64,000 nucleotides of DNA from Octopus sinensis (Eukaryota). Location: contig NW_021833120.1 in the NCBI RefSeq assembly GCF_006345805.1, positions 1 to 64,000 of the forward strand, written 5' to 3'. Both the position numbers and the translations under genes were made by a program. Of this stretch, positions 1-14,116 are shown piece by piece. Each line of letters opens with the position of its first letter. The first letter of the stretch is position 1. The notes beneath the pieces were generated by a model. It did no database searches. It worked only from the letters and a program-made list of their open reading frames with translations, and was not told the DNA's origin.

Positions 1-229
1 ATAAGAAACAACATAAAGAAAATCTATGGTTGCTAAGAAAGAATCTATTTCATTAGATGTTGCAGTTGATTCTTTGGTGTAATTGTGCATGTTTCTGTGG
101 TATTACAACAAGTAACGCAACTCTGCATGGTGCAGGTGCAATGGTTTATGTGCAACACGCACTGAAGTGCTTGAAATTGAGTTGCAGGAAGTTTAAATTT
201 ATAGATTGTATGTTTGCTTATGTTAATGT

Positions 230-239
230 TATATATATG

Positions 240-302
<63 letters not shown>

Positions 303-388
303 ATATTATATGTATATATATATGTATATATATATCTAATAATTATATATATATATATATGTATGTATGTGTATATATATATATACAT
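230..388. repeat. (TA)n-type microsatellite
   Basis: Direct reading; explains the poly-IY ORF 57..395. Confidence 0.95.
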
Positions 389-553
389 GGCGTAGGGGTG
401 GCTGTGTGGTAAGTAGCTTGCTTACGAACCACATGGTTCCGGGCTCAGTCCCACTACGTGGCACCTTGGGCAAGTGTCTTCTGCTATAGTCTCGGGTCGA
501 CCAAAGTCTTGTGAGTGGATTTGATCGACGGAAACTGCAAGAGGCCCGTCGTA
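389..553 (+). mobile_element. tRNA-derived SINE family A, 5' half
   Basis: GGCGTAGGGGTGGCTGTGTGGTAAG (A-box-like)...GGTTCCGGGCTCAGTCCC (B-box-like)...GGCACCTTGGGCAAGTGTCTTC; matches copies at 6229, 32059, 34270 and reverse copies at 14818, 23488. Confidence 0.9.
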
Positions 554-1167
554 GGATCTTCTATATATTTGAAGAATTTTCCTCCGTCTGGCTGTTTCTC
601 TCTCTACAAAACGGAAAGATGCATTATGGAACCGTCATTTTAACGAATTTTTAAATTTATTTATAACACGCCAACATACGTCCGCCCCACTGTCCGTCTT
701 TCGTTCCTTCTTTCTTTCTTCCTTTCTTTCTTTCCTTCTTACCTTCTTTCTTACTTTCTCTTTCCTTCTTTCCTTCCTTCTCTCTTTATTTATTTATTTC
801 TACTCCCCTCTTTCACTTTTTCTAATTCGTTTTATATTCATTCATGTATGTGTATATTCCCTTTATATATATTATTATTATATATATATATATATATCCT
901 ATAAAATAATAATAATAGCATTGTATAAACTTAATGCTTATAAAATACTATTATTATTATTTACGAATTGTAAATATCGATGCTGCTTAACAAAAACCTT
1001 TGCAGTAATATATCTACTATATTATGTGTATATATATATATCTCTATTATAATATATATATATATATTATATATATATATGTTTGTGTGTGTGTGTGTGT
1101 GTGTATATGTATATATATATATATATATGTATGTATATATATATATTATATACATATATGTATATGC

Positions 1168-1444
1168 TGTGATGAGAGTCAAGACACTCCCTTGCGAGAA
1201 GTATACTGGAGCGAGCAATCATAAATAGCAGCAGTCATAGTGAAATTTGTTGGAGTTCAGCTCACAGTAAAGTCGTAAGGGGTCGGTTGCACATCTCGTT
1301 TGGAATATTGTTTGTTGGATCGTCATGTTGTTAATATGACGGCATCGTTATGTTGTTTACTGTCACTACACTGGTACAATGTATCTAAACCATTCGTGAC
1401 AATATCGTGGCGGTACGACTACATTAGAGACGGGGGATGCTGCA
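1168..1444 (+). mobile_element. Putative 5' LTR of Gypsy element (TG...CA)
   Basis: Starts TGTGATGAG right after a (TA)n tract, ends TGCA, followed by PBS-like TGGCGACGAG at 1447-1456 and gag ATG at 1479; no second LTR found. Confidence 0.6.
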
Positions 1445-1446
1445 TA

Positions 1447-3790
1447 TGGCGACGAGTCATTTAACAATTTGTTAAAGGATGGAAGACCTATTAGCTTCTA
1501 TAATACAGTTGCAAAGTCAACAACGGGAACAGCAACAAGGGTTGCAGAAGGAACTAGTACAGCAACTACAACTACAACAATTATTGGAGCTATAAGCAAA
1601 GAAGTCAGAAAATGCAGTAAGTTCGTTTTCACCAGACGGCGTATCTAACTCCATAACAGAATTCAATTATAATCCAAAGGAGGGTATAATTTTTGCAGAG
1701 TACTTCAGAGGGTACGAGGAGAGTTATAAGGAAGATTGCAAGACATGGTCAGACGAAGAAAAAGTAAGGTTATTATTATGTAAATTAGCTCCGTCTGAGC
1801 ATGAAAGATACTGTAATTTCCTCTTACTCCAAAAGTTTTGTGAAATTTGTTTTCAGAAAACAATCAAAGTATTGTCTAACATGTTTTGTTTTAAAACTTC
1901 TCTATTTAACATTCGAATGGAGTGTTGGAATTTAACTAAAAATGAGGATGATGGATTTATTACTTAAGCAGGAACAGTCAACAGAATGTGTGAAAGTTTA
2001 GAATTAAAGAACCCATTTTTGTACAAGGCCTTACAACAAATGAAGTTATGGAAATACGGATAAGAATTCATTCAAAACTTGAACAAGCGAACGAAAATTT
2101 TATCCAGCAGACTGTTGCAGAAATGTGTCAAAGGCTGGTGAACCTGAAATTCAAGAAAAGGATTCCGCAAAAATGCAGATATGCCGACCGAGAAAGTGTA
2201 ACCAAAGAATAATGCTAGGTCCTAATTCATGTTATGGATGTGGAGGCCTACATTTCAGAAAAGATTGCCTTTTTAAAAACCAAAAATGCGACAATTGTCA
2301 AAAATTTGAACACAATAGTTCACACTGCAGAAATTTACGAAGGTCAAATGTAAAAAATTCTAAAGTGATCTCAGAAAGTGACGGGTGACAAACTACACTT
2401 TGTAGGCAAAATGTGGAATGACACATTTCGAGGAAAAACTTGCACGACGAAAGATTTCGTCGTAAAGAACGCATCCAATCTGTTTGGTACCGATTGGTTG
2501 GAGTTATTTGACTGATGGGATCTTCCAATAAGCCGGTGCTATAAAACATTAAGTGGCTGTCCCACCAGTGAAAAGATCTCAGCAGATGAATTGAAGAAAA
2601 AATTAATTAAAAATGTTACGTATAATGTTATTCACGAACTATCAGTGACAGCGCATGATATAAAAGCGAAATCCGCAGAGGATAAGTACATTATAAGAAT
2701 GAAAGAAATGTTAAAAAATCAGCAAAATAAAAATACAAATTCGAATAATTTTTTACTCTGCGACGATGTTTTAATTTACGCGTAATGAGTGGTTTTACCA
2801 ACTGCACTAAAGAAACGAATATTGCAGGAATTCCACAGAGGACACTCGAGAATATCGAGACTGAAAGCCCTTATGGGGAGTTGTGTATACAGGTCGACAA
2901 TGGCTCGGGACATTGAAAATTATGTAAAATCATGTAATGGTTGTGCGCTTGCAATCGAAGCACCACCGGTGAAATTCAAATCGTGACCTGAAACGAATAG
3001 TCCGTGGTTCAGGGTACATATGGACTACACTAGACCGCTGAACAGCGCATGCTATCTAATCGCTGTTCATAGAGGTACAAAATGGCAAGGGATATGCAGG
3101 TGCAATAAACCAACCGCAATAACAACAATAAAGTTCCTGTATGAACTATTTGCCCGAGATGGTGCTCCAGACACTTAAGTATCATATAATGGAACACAAT
3201 TCACGGGTGGTGAATTCAAAAATTTCTATAAAACACATGCGATAAAGCGTATATTTACCCCGCCTACCACCCGAGGTCAATCGAGCAAGTAGAAAAATTC
3301 GTTGATACTTTCAAGTGAGCTTTAAAAAGGCAAGGAAAGGCGTAGGTAATGACGAAGGGCTAACGAAATTCTTGAGTGTATATAGAATAATGCCCAATCC
3401 GAATACCATTTCATGAAAGTCTCCGGCAGAGTTCACGCGAAAAATAAAATTGATCTTCGATTAATTATTACCAGGAGGAAATATATTTTAAGGAAATACA
3501 GGAAAGGCAACAAAACATTTCGAAGTAGGAGATAAAGTACATTTCAAAATTTACAAAAATGGTAAAAGAAGGCTGGGGGGATGGTTTTGAAGCTAAAAGA
3601 TTAGGAAACATGATGTATGTAATTAAAGGACAATATTAGGAACATAAAAGACACCTAAGCCAATTAAAGACGAGACATACTGAAAAACGACAGAAAATAC
3701 CAATGGAGGTCATCTATGACATGTTCGAGGTGCCAGCATAGAAAGAGATTGAGTCTCGTAGAAGTAGTAGTAGAAAAAGGAAACAAGCAG
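1447..3790 (+). mobile_element. Degenerate Ty3/Gypsy (Mag-like) internal region: gag, CCHC knuckles, protease remnant, integrase; RT/RNaseH absent
   Basis: gag-like ..ITEFNYNPKEGIIFAEYFRGYEESYKEDCKTWSDEEKVRLLL; CYGCGGLHFRKDC..CDNCQKFEHNSSHC (2125-2388); protease tail NLFGTDWLELF; integrase HHCC HRGH..CNGC (2789-2986); rve core PWFRVHMDY; many stops and frameshifts. Confidence 0.9.
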
Positions 3791-4042
3791 GGATTCGAGG
3801 CTATGTCTGTAACATTACTTAGAAATATTGATATTTTTTTCCCTATTTAACGACTCTAAGTTGGTCGAATCATTAGAGCGTTAGATAAAATTCCTTACTA
3901 TCTTTTTTCTGCTCCCTTACATCCCGAGTTCAAGTCCTGCTTAAGTCTGTACCTTTCATTTATCGACGGCCGATTAAAATAGGGAAATTGTCAAATATTT
4001 CAGACGGTAAATTGATATCATCCATATTTTGTTTCAAATTAA

Positions 4043-4236
4043 GGCGGCAAGCTGGCAGAACCGTTTACACGCCGGGTTAAATACTCAGTGGTATTTCGCC
4101 AGCTTGAGTTCAAATTTCGCCGGTGCAAACTTTGCTTTCATCCTTCTGAGGTCCGATTAAATTAGTACCAGTGAACCACTTGGGTCGATGTAATCGAATA
4201 AAATTTTGCTCTCCTTTGTGCCAAAGTTTGAAAACA
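4043..4236 (+). mobile_element. tRNA-derived SINE family B
   Basis: GGCGGCAAGCTGGCAGAA...GAGTTCAAATT...TTTCATCCTT..GGTC.GAT.AAATTAGTACCAG shared with more than 10 copies in the window. Confidence 0.8.
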
Positions 4237-4574
4237 ATATTTTGTTATGGACAAGTAAAATCGACAACGCGTCGAACAAATCATTTTGCAGTATTTAGTT
4301 GAAAATAGAGCCAAGTTTACCCTTCATCCTCCAGGGCCGAATTGAAAATATTTGTAGAATGGAACAAACTTTCTGAGGACGTTTAAACTGGCTGTATCAT
4401 CCAAAAAGAAAAAGAAAACAAAACAAAACGAAGAAAACAACAAAGAAACTATCTATCTGTTCTGTAGATCAATATTTTCTTACATGAGTTCAAATACTGC
4501 TGAAGGCAACTTTATATTTAGTACTCCAGGGGTCGATAAAACAATATCTTATTCTATACACTGACCCGAATACT

Positions 4575-4923
4575 TCGCCGGTACTTTATTTTATTGAACC
4601 CCGAACGACGAAAAGATTTGAACTGTGAACGTAAAGGTTGGAAAGAAATACTGTCACGCACAACCGAATCCGACGCTCTAACGATTCTGCCATCTCACCG
4701 TTTTTCATCACCTTTAAAATCCTTTCTGGTTTAGGTACAAGGCCTGAAATTTTGGTGAAGGTTGTCAGTCGATTACATCGACCCCAGCGCTTGACGGGTG
4801 CTTATGGTTTTGGCATCGAAAAGGGAAAGACGACCTTGGCGGAATTTGAACTCAGAACATAAGAACATAAACATCACGAAGCATTCTCTCCGGTATGCTA
4901 ACGATTCTGCCAGCTCGCCGCCT
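4575..4923 (-). mobile_element. Two SINE family B copies (reverse)
   Basis: Reverse heads ...AACGATTCTGCCA(T/G)CTC(A/G)CCG at ~4700 and ~4922; GGAATTTGAACTCAGAAC. Confidence 0.8.
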
Positions 4924-5219
4924 TTAGGCCGCCCTTAAAAGAATGAAATTTTTAAAAATATCTCTCAGGATTTAGAGCTTTTTTTTATTGCCATCAATCG
5001 CCGCCGCCGCCACTACCACTGCTGCTGCTGCTGCTACTACTACTACTACTACTAACATTACCATTACAATCACCATTACCACCACCATCACCATCAGCAG
5101 CAGCACTCCATTTACCAACGTCATTATCGCATTGTTGCTACAGTTACATTAGCTGCTGGTAAGGAAAGAAAAAGAGAAATAGAGTGAGAGAGAGGAGAAA
5201 GAGAGTAGGAAAGAGAGCG

Positions 5220-5264
<45 letters not shown>

Positions 5265-5736
5265 GAACAGAAGCCATTGCTTTCTACTCTGTGGTGTCAA
5301 TTGATGAGAACAAATGTCCCGCATGTTGTAGGCTTCCAGATTCCATCTTTGCCTCTCAATAAAATAAATGTACAAACACATCACTTTAGCAAAGTGTCGT
5401 TAAACGTGACTACTTTAAACATTATGTATCTGTGGTTTGAAACCGAACACCCGTTGTTGCTTGCCAGGCTATGTTGATCTACTTCACCTATTGATCACCC
5501 TTCAATGGCACTTTTTGACTTTGTTGCGTTTGGAGGCAGAGCTTGTGGGGGTGGTGACGATACTGTTTGTGTGCGTTTGAGTATTATAAAATGGCCGCCA
5601 TTGTGGTAATATGGATGACGGATTTGATACGACCTGTTTCGTTATTTTGTTTCGTTATTTCTCACTTTTGACTTAGGAAAATGCAAGGGTCGAGAAGAAA
5701 GGCCTGTAACCTCGACATACATAGACACAGGTACAT

Positions 5737-5778
<42 letters not shown>

Positions 5779-6228
5779 CGATGCAGACAAAAGTTAAAAC
5801 AAAGCCCCACACAAATCTGCACACATCCATGTGAAGATGCACGTTTGTTTGTTTGTGTCTGTGTCTGTCTGTGTGTGTGTGTATGCATGTATTTATATCC
5901 GTTTGCTGTATGTTCATATTTATATTTATAACGGCAAATATTTAACTACATGTATATGCATATATCTGTGTGCATGTGTGTATGCGTGTGTGTGTACCAG
6001 GAAGTATGTTTGACTACCAACTGCTTAATCACTTCTTTCTCTGTTATCCCTCACCCTATCCATCAGCATACACTCACGCAGACCCGCACACACGCATAAC
6101 TCACACACACACATACGCGCACACGCATACACTCACACATACACACACACACAAACACACGCAAAACTGCACACACTCACACTCACCTGCACAAACGGAT
6201 ATACTCACTCACACACACACACACACAT

Positions 6229-6377
6229 GCGCGTGTGTGCGGTAAGAAGTTTGCTTCCCTACTACATGGGTCTGGGTTCAGTCCCACTGCGTCGCACCTT
6301 GGGCAAATTTCTTCTACCATGGCTGTGAGAGTGGATTTGGGAGAGGGAAACTGAAAGAAGCCCGTCGTATATATATA

Positions 6378-6414
<37 letters not shown>

Positions 6415-6662
6415 GTGCGCACTTATGTGTGCCTGTGTGTGTGTCTTTGCGTCTGCTTGTTCTCTATCTCCGCTTGGCAACCCCGGTGTTGGTATGTTTA
6501 CGTCCCTGTAACCTAGCGCTTTGGCAAAAGAGACGTTAGAGTATATACAAGGCTTGAAAAACAAGAATTAAGTCCTGGAGTTGATTCATTCGACTAAAGG
6601 TTCTTCATGGCGGTGCCCCAGCATGGCCGCAGCCCAAATTCTGTGGCCACAAAAAGGAACAT
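6229..6662 (+). mobile_element. SINE family A, near full length with internal (TG)n
   Basis: tRNA-like head, GAAACTGAAAGAAGCCCGTCG, internal microsatellite, 3' GGCGGTGCCCCAGCATGGCCGCAG. Confidence 0.85.
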
Positions 6663-6664
6663 GA

Positions 6665-6687
6665 GAATCTCTCTCTCTCTCTACGTC

Positions 6688-6721
<34 letters not shown>

Positions 6722-7566
6722 CCTCTCTCCCTCTCTTCCTATACGCTTCTCTATCTCCCTCTCTACTTCTCTGTCTGTCTGTCTCTCTTTCTCTCCCCTC
6801 CAACTCTCTCTCATCTCTACATCTCTGCTTGTTTTACTGTCTTTCTTCCTCTCCCTTTCTCCCTCTCCACCTCTCTTTCTATCTCCGTCTCTAATTCTTT
6901 GTCTGTTTGTCTGTCTGTCTGTACGTCTCTCTGTCTGTACGTCTGTCCGTCTGTCTGTCTGTCTCTCTCTGTCTCTCTCTGTTTCCCTCTCCTCCGAATC
7001 TCTAAATCTGTGTCTGTTTGTCTTTCTCTCTCCCTCACCCTCTCTCCCTCTCCACCTCTCTTTCTATCTCCCTCTCTACTTCTCTGTCTGTCTGTCTCTG
7101 TCTGTCTGTCTCTCTCTCTACTTTACAGACGGCAACACACATCTCTCCTTTTGGCGATTTAACACTACTACATATAAACACACGTTCACACACAGTAACA
7201 AAAGCACATTCATGTATAAGCACACACACACACTTACACACACAATCACGCCCCACCCCCAAACACACACAGAATATATGTGGTGATTTACCTGCTCAAG
7301 ATGATACTGTTTGTAGAAATTCGACCCAAACAAACTCACACACACACATACACACACGCACTCTATCCAAAAAATACACAGCCACACACATGTACACCTA
7401 CAAAATACACACTTACACAATACGCACACACACTCTAGAAGTATACCGCACAGAAATACTCATTAGAACTCTTATATATCAACGCGTACACATCACACAC
7501 ACACACACTTTATATCCATACATCACGTACACATAAACATACACATACCCACACACACATGCACAC

Positions 7567-7598
<32 letters not shown>

Positions 7599-7600
7599 GA
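6665..7600. repeat. Compound (CT)n/(CTGT)n/(CA)n low-complexity tract
   Basis: Direct reading. Confidence 0.9.
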
Positions 7601-7654
7601 TATAAGCCCCTATGCATTACATAAGCTATGCACACACTCTCTATATATACCGTT

Positions 7655-8052
7655 CGCGAGCTGGCAGAATCATTAGCACGGCGGACGAAATGCGTAGCGG
7701 TATTTCGTCTGCGTTACGTTGTGAGTTCAAATTCCGCCGAGGTCGACTTTGCCTTTCATCCTTTCGGGGTCGATAAATTAAGTACCAGTTACGCACTGGG
7801 GTCGATGTAATCGACTTAATACCTCTGTCTGTCCTTGTTTGTCTCCTCTGTGTTTAGCCCCTTGTGGGTAATAAAGAAATAGGTATTTCGTCTGCCGTTA
7901 CGTTCTGAGTTCAAATTCCGCCAAGGTCGACTTTGCCTTTCATCCTTTCGGGGTCGATAAATTAAGTACCAGTTACATACTGGAGTCGATGTAATCGACT
8001 TAATCTTTTTGTTTGTCCCCTCTGCGTTTAGCCCCCTTGTGGGCAATAAGGA
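7655..8052 (+). mobile_element. SINE family B, dimeric body
   Basis: Head followed by two ~180-bp bodies joined at AAAGAAATAGGTATTTCGTCTG. Confidence 0.9.
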
Positions 8053-8320
8053 AATATATATATATACCGCTCGCACATTTACATACACACACTAAAAATT
8101 TTCTTCCACACACACACACACAAAAACTCATGCATTTACAACACACTCACGTGCACAGGCACATATACACTCACATACATACTTACATAATACACACACA
8201 CTCACACACACTCGTATCTTTTATCGTTTACTTGTTTCAGTCATTAGAATACGGCCATGCTGGGGCACCACCTTGTGAAACATATATTCACAAATGTATC
8301 CAAACATACAGACAGACGCG

Positions 8321-8363
<43 letters not shown>

Positions 8364-8364
8364 C

Positions 8365-8401
<37 letters not shown>

Positions 8402-9557
8402 ACACACTTTCTTTCCCTTGCACACACGCATACACACGCAAAAACACACAAGTACCTACATATAAAGGCATACGCACATGCATACATACATATATACATA
8501 CGCCCATACGTACATAAACACATACAAACATACATTCATGCGTACATACATACAAACATTCATACATTTACATATACGTACACACATATACATGCATGCA
8601 TATAAACATACACACATATCTATCCCTCCATTAACCCATAAATACATACATACACACATGTATACATACATCAGCTCTCATCACATATACAGCCTCTACT
8701 CTCTCTTACTGCCTCTCTCTCTTTCTCTCTCTAACTTTCCTTACCCTCACTTACCTCTCCCATAAACAAACCTTCTTTCTTTCTCCTTCTCTATCTTTCC
8801 TATACACTCCTTCACCCTCCCTCTCTCACTTTCACTGTCACATGCTCTCTCCTCCTCCCTCCTTCCGTCTCCGCCAACATCGCTGTGACAGCCATCTTGC
8901 TTGCTTTCGTCGTTTTTATCTTATTTTCGGTTTCACTTTCGGGTTTTTTCGCCCATCAGCCATTGTAGCCAATGGCTTCTAGTCTATATCTTCTGTTGTT
9001 CGTCTCGGCAGGAATTCTCGCCTGTCACACGAAACAACCAGCGTGAGTAAAGATAGAATTTGACAGTGAGAAACATCAAGACAGATAGAGATGGCGGTGG
9101 TTGGGGAAGAAAGAAAAAAAAAAGAAAGAAGACGAACGAACGAAGGAAAAGAGCAAAAAGGAGCTAAATGGATGCGTTGCGGGGTTAGAGTAAAAGCTGA
9201 TAGAAAGTAAAGAGAAGGAAGGGGGAGAAGCGATAAAGGAGAGAAAGGAAAGAGGAAATGAAGCGTGGGGTGGGGAAAAGAGAGAGGCGAAGGTAGAGGA
9301 GTGCTTTCAATTTAGCTTCATTAGACATCCACTCTAGTTGAGCATTTATGATCGCCGCGTCCACTGCTAGGTTGAAGCCACGCCATTGACACGGCACGGC
9401 ACCGCCGAAGACAATTGCATGGAACGGATCCTAAACTAATATTATTCATGTTACTTTATATTGTTTTATTTTCGTTTCCTAGTTTCAGTTTTTGCTTTTA
9501 TATAATGTGGCCGTGGTTTTCATTGTTATTTTGTTGTCGGTGTTGTTGTTGTTGTTA

Positions 9558-9606
<49 letters not shown>

Positions 9607-9829
9607 GCTATTCTTCTTATTATTTTTCTTTTTCTTTTTCTTTCTAAGCTGTAGGGAGTGCGGAAAGACGTAGGAATCTAGCAGAAAAGAGTTAAAGAGC
9701 GGGAAATAAAGCGGCAAAGTGAAACACAAACATATACATACATGTGTGTGTGTGTAAATATATACATATGCACATAAGTGTGTATAAGTGTATATATGCA
9801 TATGTATATATATATAGATATGTATTTAT

Positions 9830-9875
<46 letters not shown>

Positions 9876-9913
9876 TATACGCGTGCTTGTATATGCGTGT
9901 ATATATATTTACT

Positions 9914-9946
<33 letters not shown>

Positions 9947-9983
9947 CATACTATATATATAAATGTATAATGTATATATGTGT

Positions 9984-9984
<1 letters not shown>

Positions 9985-10062
<78 letters not shown>

Positions 10063-10092
10063 CATAGATAGATAGTTAGATAGATAGATAGA
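9985..10092. repeat. (TAGA)n microsatellite
   Basis: Direct reading. Confidence 0.95.
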
Positions 10093-10555
10093 TAATGAAA
10101 AGAAGAACTTCCATCTAGAGAGGGCGAGTGAGAAGAAATGAAATAACCCTGAGAGAGTGAAATAAAGTGATAGACAGAGAGAGGGGAGGAAAGAGAAAGA
10201 GAAGGCGAGAAAGTGGTAGGAAGGGAAGTGATGAGTAAAAGAACAAAATAACAATAAAAATATATATATTTTTAAAAAAATAAGGAGAAAGAAATGGAGA
10301 ATGATGGCCGCTGAGCAAGCCTGCTGTGCAATTGGTTTTAAATTTGATGTTTATTTTAGAGTAAATCCTGTCCCGCGTTCAATAATATTTTCAATTGTTT
10401 CTGCATTTTCTGTTCACCATTTTGTTAGTATCCTGCCAGCGTTAAGATAGCCTCAAGTCCTTGTCGAGATCAGCAGAGGACTACTTCCGGTAAACGACAC
10501 AGCACAATTAATTGCCTCAAAACGCAAAGGAGACATATTGGCGTTTTAGATCATC

Positions 10556-10855
<300 letters not shown>

Positions 10856-12776
10856 GTCGTTGTTATGTTTCTGTTTTTATTTTTATTTTTTATGCGAATA
10901 TTTTGTTATATTTTCTATTTATATATTTTAATTTTGAAAGGCTATTATTTCAATTTATATTTATTTATTTCTTATTAATATTACCATTTTCTTTTACGTA
11001 CGTATATATTTTATTCTCGTAACGTTCGTCAAGTTTTAAAACTCAACAGCACAAGAAAACTCTTTTTTCCTCCTCTTCTTCACCTTTTTCTTCGGTTTCT
11101 TTTTTCCTCCATCTTCGCCATCTCTTCCCCTTCCATCTTCTTCCGATTCTTGTCTTAGTCTTCTTCACTTTCTCATTCATTCAATCATTCATTCAATCAT
11201 TCATTTACTTATTCATTCATTTTCCCCTTCTCATCGTTTCATCCTTCGCATTCCTATCCTCATTCTTCATCTTCTCTCTTAAACTCCATCTTCTCTCTTC
11301 ATATCTTCTGCATTCTTCTTCCTCCTCCGTCTCTCCTCTCCTTTCTCTTTCATTCTCCCCTCTCTTCTCCTTCCTCTCCATCATCTACATTCAATTCTAC
11401 TTTTTCTACGATATTTTTTCCTTACCATTTATAGACAACCGATAAAGCAGACGACACCTTCTTATAACGATGTTTTCATCACTTTCTTTCCTTTCAGCCA
11501 CCCTCTCTTTCTTTTTACTACTTTCTCTCTCTCTCCTCCCTCTCTCTCTCTTGCTCTCTCTACTTCATTTTTCTTTTTTCTTAGCTTATGCCTTATCTTT
11601 CATATAATTTTTTTCTTCCTTCTTCCATCGTTTCCATCTTATATTTTCTTAAATTCTTTCTTTCTTTTTACCAAAATCATCCTATATTTTCCCCTTCATT
11701 TTTCTAATATATTTTTGGTCATATTTTCTTAACCAATGCCATCTTTTTTAAAACTATTGTCCCCTTTTATATATATTTATTCCTCTTTTATACACATTTA
11801 TATCGTCCTTAACCATTCTATAACAGTCTTCGACCCTTCTTATCATTTCAGACTCCTTTCTCTCCTCCCTCAAACCATTCCATCCTTCATACGACACTAC
11901 CTTTCATTCCCATTTCCCACGGATTCTGATTCTTCTTCAAACCATTTTTATGCATCGCCATCCCTCTTTCTCCCTATCCTTGTCTCATATCCTCCCTCTC
12001 TGAACATATCAACCGGCCACTCATACACTTCGTCGGTTTCTTTAAGACTTCCCATTTTTTCTTCTTCTTCTTCTCTATTCTTTTGTTACCATTACCGAGA
12101 TTTATTATATATTTTCTTTTTCCTGCTCAATTCTTTATCTTTTCGTTTCCTTTCAGCTAATTTTCTCTCTTTCTTCGGATCATCTTCACGTTTTTACAAT
12201 TTTTTTTCCTCGCTACAATTTTTGTAACTGCGTTACTCTTTGACACACACCATACAAATTCTTTTTCTCTCTTGATACACTAACACACACGCTCACACAC
12301 ACACACACACTCACACCACACACACACACACACACGAAACACTCACACACACACACTCACACACGCACACTCACACACACACACACACACACTCATACAC
12401 ACACACACACTCACACACACACAAACACACACACGCACACTCACGCACACACACACACACACACACACATACACACGCACACACACACACACACCATATA
12501 TATGAAATTTCTCCCTTGCTCTCTGTCTTTCCTTACTAACCACTGTGTGTGTGTAAGTGCGCGCGCACGTATATGTATATCTACAAATGCATTTGTAAAC
12601 TCATTATCAGATGTACCTTCTATCAAACCATTCATCCATCCATCCACCCGTCCAAATAACTATGTAATTTCTTTCTTTCTATATTTTTCGTTCTTTCTTT
12701 CTTTCTTTCTTCTTTTCTTTCTTTCCATACCTACTCTCTGTCTCTCTGTCTTCCTTGCTTTCTTTCTTTTTGTCAG

Positions 12777-12825
<49 letters not shown>

Positions 12826-12826
12826 G

Positions 12827-12861
<35 letters not shown>

Positions 12862-12918
12862 TATGCAAATAACATTCTCAGCAACGGTCTGGCTATTTTA
12901 TTCTAATCTTATCAATGT

Positions 12919-12965
<47 letters not shown>

Positions 12966-13090
12966 GCCGTACCACCACCGCCACCACCCAGACAAATACT
13001 GCTAATAATACCACCATCACCAATACCACCACCACCATCACCATCACCATCACCACCGTCACTACTACTGGTGTGCTGCTGCTGCTGCTG

Positions 13091-13144
<54 letters not shown>

Positions 13145-13637
13145 TCTGTGGTAATATTGTTTTGTCTCTGTTATATTTTATCCCTTTGCGTTTCCCTTCC
13201 ACTTGCCCCCCTCCCCTCATCTCTTACCGTTTTTATTATTCGCCATTTTTTCCCTATTGGCTGTCCACTCTTTTGTAATCTTCCACTTAGCTTTCAAATT
13301 CCTCGATGGTCCACGGGGGACATAATGAAACGAATCAAAGCACAACATATTGTGTAAGAAGAAGGAGTAGGAGGAACGAGAGGCTGAGGAAGAGAGGAGA
13401 GGAAAAGAAGAGGAAGGTGAAAGGAGAGTTGAGTGTTATTTTTCTACCCCGTTTTATTGGTGTTTCGTTTACTGCTGCCCGTCCTATCCTCATCAGATTT
13501 TGCACTCATTTAAGACTCTTCAGGGTTATAAATATATACACACGTGTGCATATGTGTGTGTTTGTGTGCGTTTGTGTATATGTACGCTCATAAACGTATG
13601 TTCATATGTGCACATATGTAAGGAATATGTACGTACA

Positions 13638-13693
<56 letters not shown>

Positions 13694-14082
13694 CATATAA
13701 ATATATATATATATGGGTCTGTACATCCGTGTATATATGTGTGTGTTTATAATTAAGTATAGAATATATACCTATATGTATACCTAACCTATAGATATAC
13801 TACACACACATACACACATACACACAAAACACACTCACACACACAAATAAAAATACACTTGCATCGATAACTTTATATTTCTGTAGATATATGCGTATGT
13901 ATTCTATAAATATACGTATAATCATCTTTCCACAAAAAGATATGTGTGTGTGTTTGTGTGTGTGTATGTGTGTGTGCGTGTATATATATATATAAACTTA
14001 GATAAAACTTAGATATTTTTCGACCAAAGATTGGTCCAGGCCATGTCTAACTTAATAGCACCACCTTATCAGGTGGTGCTAT

Positions 14083-14116
<34 letters not shown>

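Noticed and set aside
389-460. tRNA genes at SINE heads
   Set aside because: A/B-box-like motifs continue into SINE bodies and no full cloverleaf is evident.
13463-13496. Minus-strand CTGATGA...GAAA hammerhead-like core
   Set aside because: Stems I, II and III cannot form.
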